A DNA stretch of 25,920 bases from Selaginella moellendorffii (taxonomy: Eukaryota; Plantae; Lycopodiophyta), in the NCBI RefSeq assembly GCF_000143415.4, contig NW_003314322.1, positions 163,210 to 189,129 of the forward strand, given 5' to 3'. Position 1 is the first letter of the stretch; every line of letters begins with the position of its first letter. The notes below the pieces were generated by a model. It ran no database searches and was not told the origin of the DNA. It was given only the letters and a program-made list of their open reading frames with translations. Positions 21,025 to 25,920 of the stretch are shown here, in pieces. Both the position numbers and the translations under genes were made by a program.

Positions 21025-21658
21025 AGATAAACTATATCAAGCTCTAAAATCAAGCTTTGGATATGAGAGCTTCTCTACCAAGAGTCTCAAAATATAATTG
21101 AAAGGGGGAATAATGCATGTTATTCATCATTTCTATTGTCACTTGTATATTCACAACAGAATTATAACTTGAAATTTGGTAACACATTAATATATAACTA
21201 ATTTATAGATACTTTCATTTTATAATTTAGATTTATTTAAAGCTATAATCTAAACCAAAATATTTTTAAACTAAAAATACAAAAATAATTAGAACATTAA
21301 TACAAAAAAATTATATATAAATACTACTCAAACCTAAATATACTTAACCCTAAGTATCCTAAGACCTTTAACCAATTGCAAAAACTCTTGTTTAAAAACC
21401 TTTTTCCTTTATTTAAACTTTTTTGTATCATCTAGTGAGTCATTCTTTTTGGTTGCATATAATCCACCATTCTTCCTTGGAAACTCACAATGTAAATTTT
21501 ATATCACTATATTATAATTCATCTATGATTTATCATTTATCTGATAACAAATTATAATGCATTTAATAAATTTAACCTTGTATACAATAAAATTAGAAAA
21601 GAAGATTTATTTATCTTAGATATGCTATATCTCCCAGCGGAGCTGGGGTCTCTGCTAG

Positions 21659-21860
21659 TACTCCCTTATTTAAACGTGCTATTGGCATATGGCATCCGGC
21701 GTCTTTTATTCCATTTTTAGAATATTATTTATGAATATGCTTATAATCTAACGGTTCAAATTCAAAAACTTCAAATAGATGGCATAGATCAAGTGCCAAA
21801 GGGGTGGCAACGCTTCAATGTGATTTTAATGACGTTCCAAATCAAGGAAATTTTTAGGGC
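21659..21860 (+). mobile_element. Helitron-like 5' terminus lacking its first 3 nt
   Basis: TACTCCCTTATTTAAACGTGCTATT...GGCATCCGGCGTC...TATTCCATTTTTAGAATAT is homologous to 14716-14777. Confidence 0.7.
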
Positions 21861-21863
21861 AGA

Positions 21864-21896
<33 letters not shown>
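21864..21896 (+). repeat. Compound microsatellite (CT)6(CA)10
   Basis: Directly visible. Confidence 0.95.
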
Positions 21897-24129
21897 ACTT
21901 GGCTGCGGGACTCTCCTTCCATGCTATAAGTTGGTATATGGAAGGTAAGCTTTTCTGGATTCCACTTCAGCCTCCATTGTTTGTTCTTGTAGATGCAAGA
22001 ATTGGCTGCGATGTCTTCAAATTCCAATGCCCTGGATTGAGCTGGCCATTGCGTACTATTCTTCTGTCAAAAGGAACATCCTAGAGAGGCGAGAACTGGC
22101 TGGTTTGCATGTGGTCAACAAGCTCAGCGCTCCATACCAGAGCACTGACGAGCATCCTGCAGAACCTTTTTATTTGCCAAGGACAGTGAGTTGCATATGC
22201 CAAGATTGAAAAGAGCCAGGTGATACGTTCACCATCAGCAGATGATCAGGTTTAGGAGGTAAGTAACTCTCCTCAAGTGTGTTTGACAGGCTGTTTGTTT
22301 CCTTGGTCGTTTCAATAAAAAAAGAAAGTGGACTATTGCGGGAAGAGGCTCTCCTTGGGTTCCATGAGAAAGCTCTGGAAATTAGCAGGTAACTCCTCAG
22401 GTTTTGTGTTCTTTCGGGTGATCTGATCTTGTGTCATGCCACTCAGGCCAGGAAGCACCCGGCACTGGCCAATGCAGTGGGTCAGCAATTAGAATTTATC
22501 TGCTTGACCCAGGGGGAAGGACTGGTAATTTTATTTCATTTTTTATTTGTTCTTGCCTTGGTGAAAAGCTTAGTTTCAGTTGCTCAATCCTTGACGTGAT
22601 TCCATGTGAATAGCATACCAATTTTTTTATGTGCCAGAACGTAGCTTGTTCAAACTGTTCTCAGCTGTGGTGAGTTGCTGATTCAATCTTTCAAAGTAAC
22701 AGTAAAACCAAATGATGAACAGAATGTGGTAGAAGTTGCAAAATCCTGCAATCTCTTTAGGCGAGAGCTGGACGGAAATTGGGCTTGCTGGCCTTGGTGG
22801 CAGTGAAACCTTGGTGGCGCCAATGATAAAACTACTGGACGAGGCCTTTTGTTGTCCTCCTCTTGTGAGTATGCCAGGCCAGCAAGGGAACGCTTGGATT
22901 CACTTGCAAACACAAGTACAGAACTCCAACATTCGTTCTTGCTTCCTCTTGGTATTGCTCTCATGTTTTCCATTGCTTTCACTTATGCTCTTTTTTATTA
23001 GTGTGGCTTTATAATGGAGACGGTCCTTCTCAGTCTGAATAACACCAATGATATTTGTCATTCATGAAGAAAGTAGCATTTATCTCGACAAACATCGTTA
23101 CTTTTGAGCAGAGTCCCAGTCCGAGTGAAGATGGCAGCGATGATCCAGCAGCAATTCTATAATGCAAGCAGCCTGATCGAGGTGGGGCCTCTAGGATTGA
23201 TGTTGGCATGGACACTTTTGCTGTGTCATCGAGCTCACCAGGTATGTGTGCCTTTACATTCTCAACTCCTTTCATTTGCTCACTTTGTGTATGTTTCAGA
23301 GAGAAAGATGACAAGTCATGTTTTTCTCGATCAAGTGAGTGAGGTAAGAGAGGTCTCTTCCCTTTTGTGCCATTGTAAACTACACATCCAGTCTTGTGAT
23401 TATTTTTACAAACTGCTGTGGCATTCAAGCTAATGGCTCACAATCAATACAACTATTCTTTTTATTGTTATTGACTCTGATATCTTTGTGGCACTTTTCT
23501 TTCTCATTGATGTGGATCACCTACTGATGTTTGATGTTTCTGTAGGAGAAAAGATGGATCAGAAAATGAAGATGTAAAAATGTGAAAATGAAGTAATCTC
23601 AGCACATAGTAGTAAGGATTGCAGGTTTAATCAACCTTAAACTCATGACACTGTGTCCAGGTAATTTATGGTAAAGTAGAATATGTCGAATTCTAGAAAA
23701 AGTAGTTGTTCTTATTTCCAATGAATGAGCTTTTGGAGGTGCTTGTGTGTTTTACAGCCTGGTTTTCCTATTTCAGGTCTCCCTTCTTATTCCCAGGAGT
23801 GGCAGAAAGGCTGGGATTTATTTATTTTGGTTCTTTTGATTGGAAACTACTGAGATTCAGTGTTGAGCTCTAATAATGAAAGGCAGAGAATTTATGGTTG
23901 CCATATTCTTGCAGTGGGGATACAATCCTGAAATTTTGTGTTTTATTACATTGTTACAGTTTTGGAGCCGATCAAAATATCCAGTATTTGCTTGAACTTT
24001 CCCAACGAGGAGTGCACTGCCAATACAGCAGTGGTGCTCTCGAGTTATCGTCACTGGAGCCACTAATATGAACGTGACTGGCTGCTCAATTAATCAGACG
24101 CCATAGTTGAGTGCCAACGCTGTACCATT

Positions 24130-25168
24130 ATGGGGTTCTTCCTCCTCTATCACTGGAAAGCAACATGGCAGTGACTGCTTTGCCAACATTCTCGAGATTT
24201 TTACACAAGTGGTACTATGAGCCGGTGCTAAAACCGGGACAGCCTCCACTTCCACCAGGTCCGCTTGGATGGCCCGTCTTTATCAACATGGCTGCTTTTC
24301 TTAGAGCCTTCACGTCTGGATTACCATACTCTTTCATGGGTCACTTCTTGGTTTCAGGTATAATCGAGTGGGTTTTACAAGGCATTTCTGTTCTAGCAGC
24401 CCACCGTCCTGGTTGCCACACCAGAGGCATGCAAATTCGTGCTCTCCAAAGACAGCTTTGAGACAGGATGGCCAAAGAGCGCTGTTGTGCTCATTGGACG
24501 AAATCTGTTTGCGAGATTAACTGAAGAGAGCTACTTGAAGCTCCAGAAGCTTACTGAGCCACTGTGAACAATCCCAAAGCTCTTAAGCAGTACGTGCCCC
24601 TACAACAGCATGCCTTGCAAGGTGGCCTACGGAGCATAAGATTGTTCTTCTTACCGAGATGAGAAGGGTAAGTGATGTTTACTTCCTCTCTGTCTTATTT
24701 TCTCGTTGATACTGGTTTTTTCTGATATGACAGTTCACGTATCTAACTGTCCTCTACATTTTATACAGGAAAGACTCCAGTCTCGATGTGGATGAGATTT
24801 TCTCCTTGTACTACATTGTCAACCAAGGCATTCAGGCTTTCCCCATCAACTTCCCCAACACTGCCTACAACAAAGCCTTGAAGGTAAAAGCCATATGCAG
24901 TCTTACATAGTTTTGTGATGTTTTCCCATTCTCAGGCCAGGTGAAAGGTCATCAAGATTATCCAGGACCTGATCAACCAGCGAAGAGCTTCTAGAAAGAC
25001 ACAGGAAACAAGCATTCTTTTGTTGCTCATGGATGAGCTGGATGACAAAGGAGAGTCTCTGGAAGTGCTGAAATCATAGACATGCTCAACATGTACATAA
25101 ATGCTGGTCACAACTCGATGGCTGATGGTTTCCTAAAGCAAAATCCTGATGTGCTAGAGAAAGTGAAG
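24130..25168 (+). pseudogene. KAO: CYP88 / ent-kaurenoic acid oxidase-like P450 pseudogene, 3'-truncated
   Basis: WYYEPVLKPGQPPLPPGPLGWPVFINMAAFLRAF, YKAFLF*QPTVLVATPEACKFVL..FETGWPKS, PINFPNTAYNKALK and I-helix EIIDMLNMYINAGH. It has stops and frameshifts, the donor after LEKVK is mutated, and no heme motif is present. Confidence 0.87.
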
Positions 25169-25920
25169 ATAAACATGTACAATTTCATACAAACTTTCCT
25201 TCATACAATCTTTCTTCTTTAGGCCACATCCAGACTATTCTGTAAAAGTTTCAAACTTCTGTAATTATAAAAGAAAAAAGTATTCTACTGAATTGTACCT
25301 CATACAAGATGATATCCTATGTATTCTCATGCCTCCATTATTCTAATTCATCCCTGTCACTTCTGTATTTGGAAGGAAATGCTATTTATGAAACTCTGCA
25401 TTTATGTTTACCCTTTGCTCCAATGGACCTACCTAACGAAGACATGTTCAAGACAGATGCCTGGCAGGTATTCTTAAAGAACCATAGAACTGCACATCAT
25501 CTCGTTAAGGGAAATTTATGAGGTGCTTGTAAGGCTCTAAAGTGTTAACCTCCTCTGGATATCTTTCAATAACAGAAAAAAACTTTTAAAACATGAATGG
25601 TACTTTTTTGCTGCTTCTTTCATGTTTTATGGTAGTCAAGTTACAACTTCTGGAATTCTACGAGCAGCATCTGAGGAATGTCTAGGGAATGAGAAACTAC
25701 AAGGTGTAGTATGATATTTTATTGCTCTAATAAATAGTTAAATAGAAGCTGCCTGTTGTAGCCTTTGTGGCTTTGCTTGACTACAAACCAATGCTTACAA
25801 GGTCAGAATGACACAAGCACATATTTCATAAAGATGTATTGTATTTTGCTATTTAAAGAAACCTTTGGAGATGTATATATTCCAAACATGCAATTCTTAA
25901 GAACATCTCAAAAACATCAT

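Larger units (their letters stand above)
14713..21658 (+). mobile_element. Putative non-autonomous gene-capturing Helitron (spans assembly gap)
   Basis: 5' end A|TCAAACTCTTTATTTAAAG. 3' end CCCAGC-GGA-GCTGGG hairpin (21633-21647), 7 nt, then CTAG|T (21655-21659). It has an A|T target with no TSD, contains SDR and ALDH21 fragments plus AT-rich DNA, and no RepHel ORF was seen. Confidence 0.68.

Noticed and set aside
22145-22166. CTGACGA-GCA-TCC-TGC-AGAAC as a hammerhead ribozyme core
   Set aside because: GAAA does not follow stem II, and stems I and III were not found.

Overview
Eukaryotic plant genomic DNA, most consistent with a lycophyte such as Selaginella. This is inferred from 39-58 nt introns, an ALDH21-like remnant, a CYP88/KAO-like remnant and a centriole-protein gene. 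An island of three intact, co-directional, tightly packed genes lies at 6409-12380: a 20-exon CCDC57-like coiled-coil gene, an intronless F-box gene and an 8-exon DUF4057/Jupiter-like repeat-protein gene. To the left are a near-perfect 34-bp hairpin, a purple acid phosphatase exon remnant and a truncated Ty3/gypsy element (5' LTR, PBS, gag with stops). To the right is an apparent nest of non-autonomous Helitron-like elements. It has three related TC-starting 5' ends, one hairpin+CTAG 3' end and two truncated copies of that 3' end. The nest carries broken fragments of SDR, ALDH21 and CYP88A genes, and a GDH fragment lies just upstream. A 100-N assembly gap lies at 17709-17808. Protein identifications come from manual translation and remembered family motifs, not database searches.
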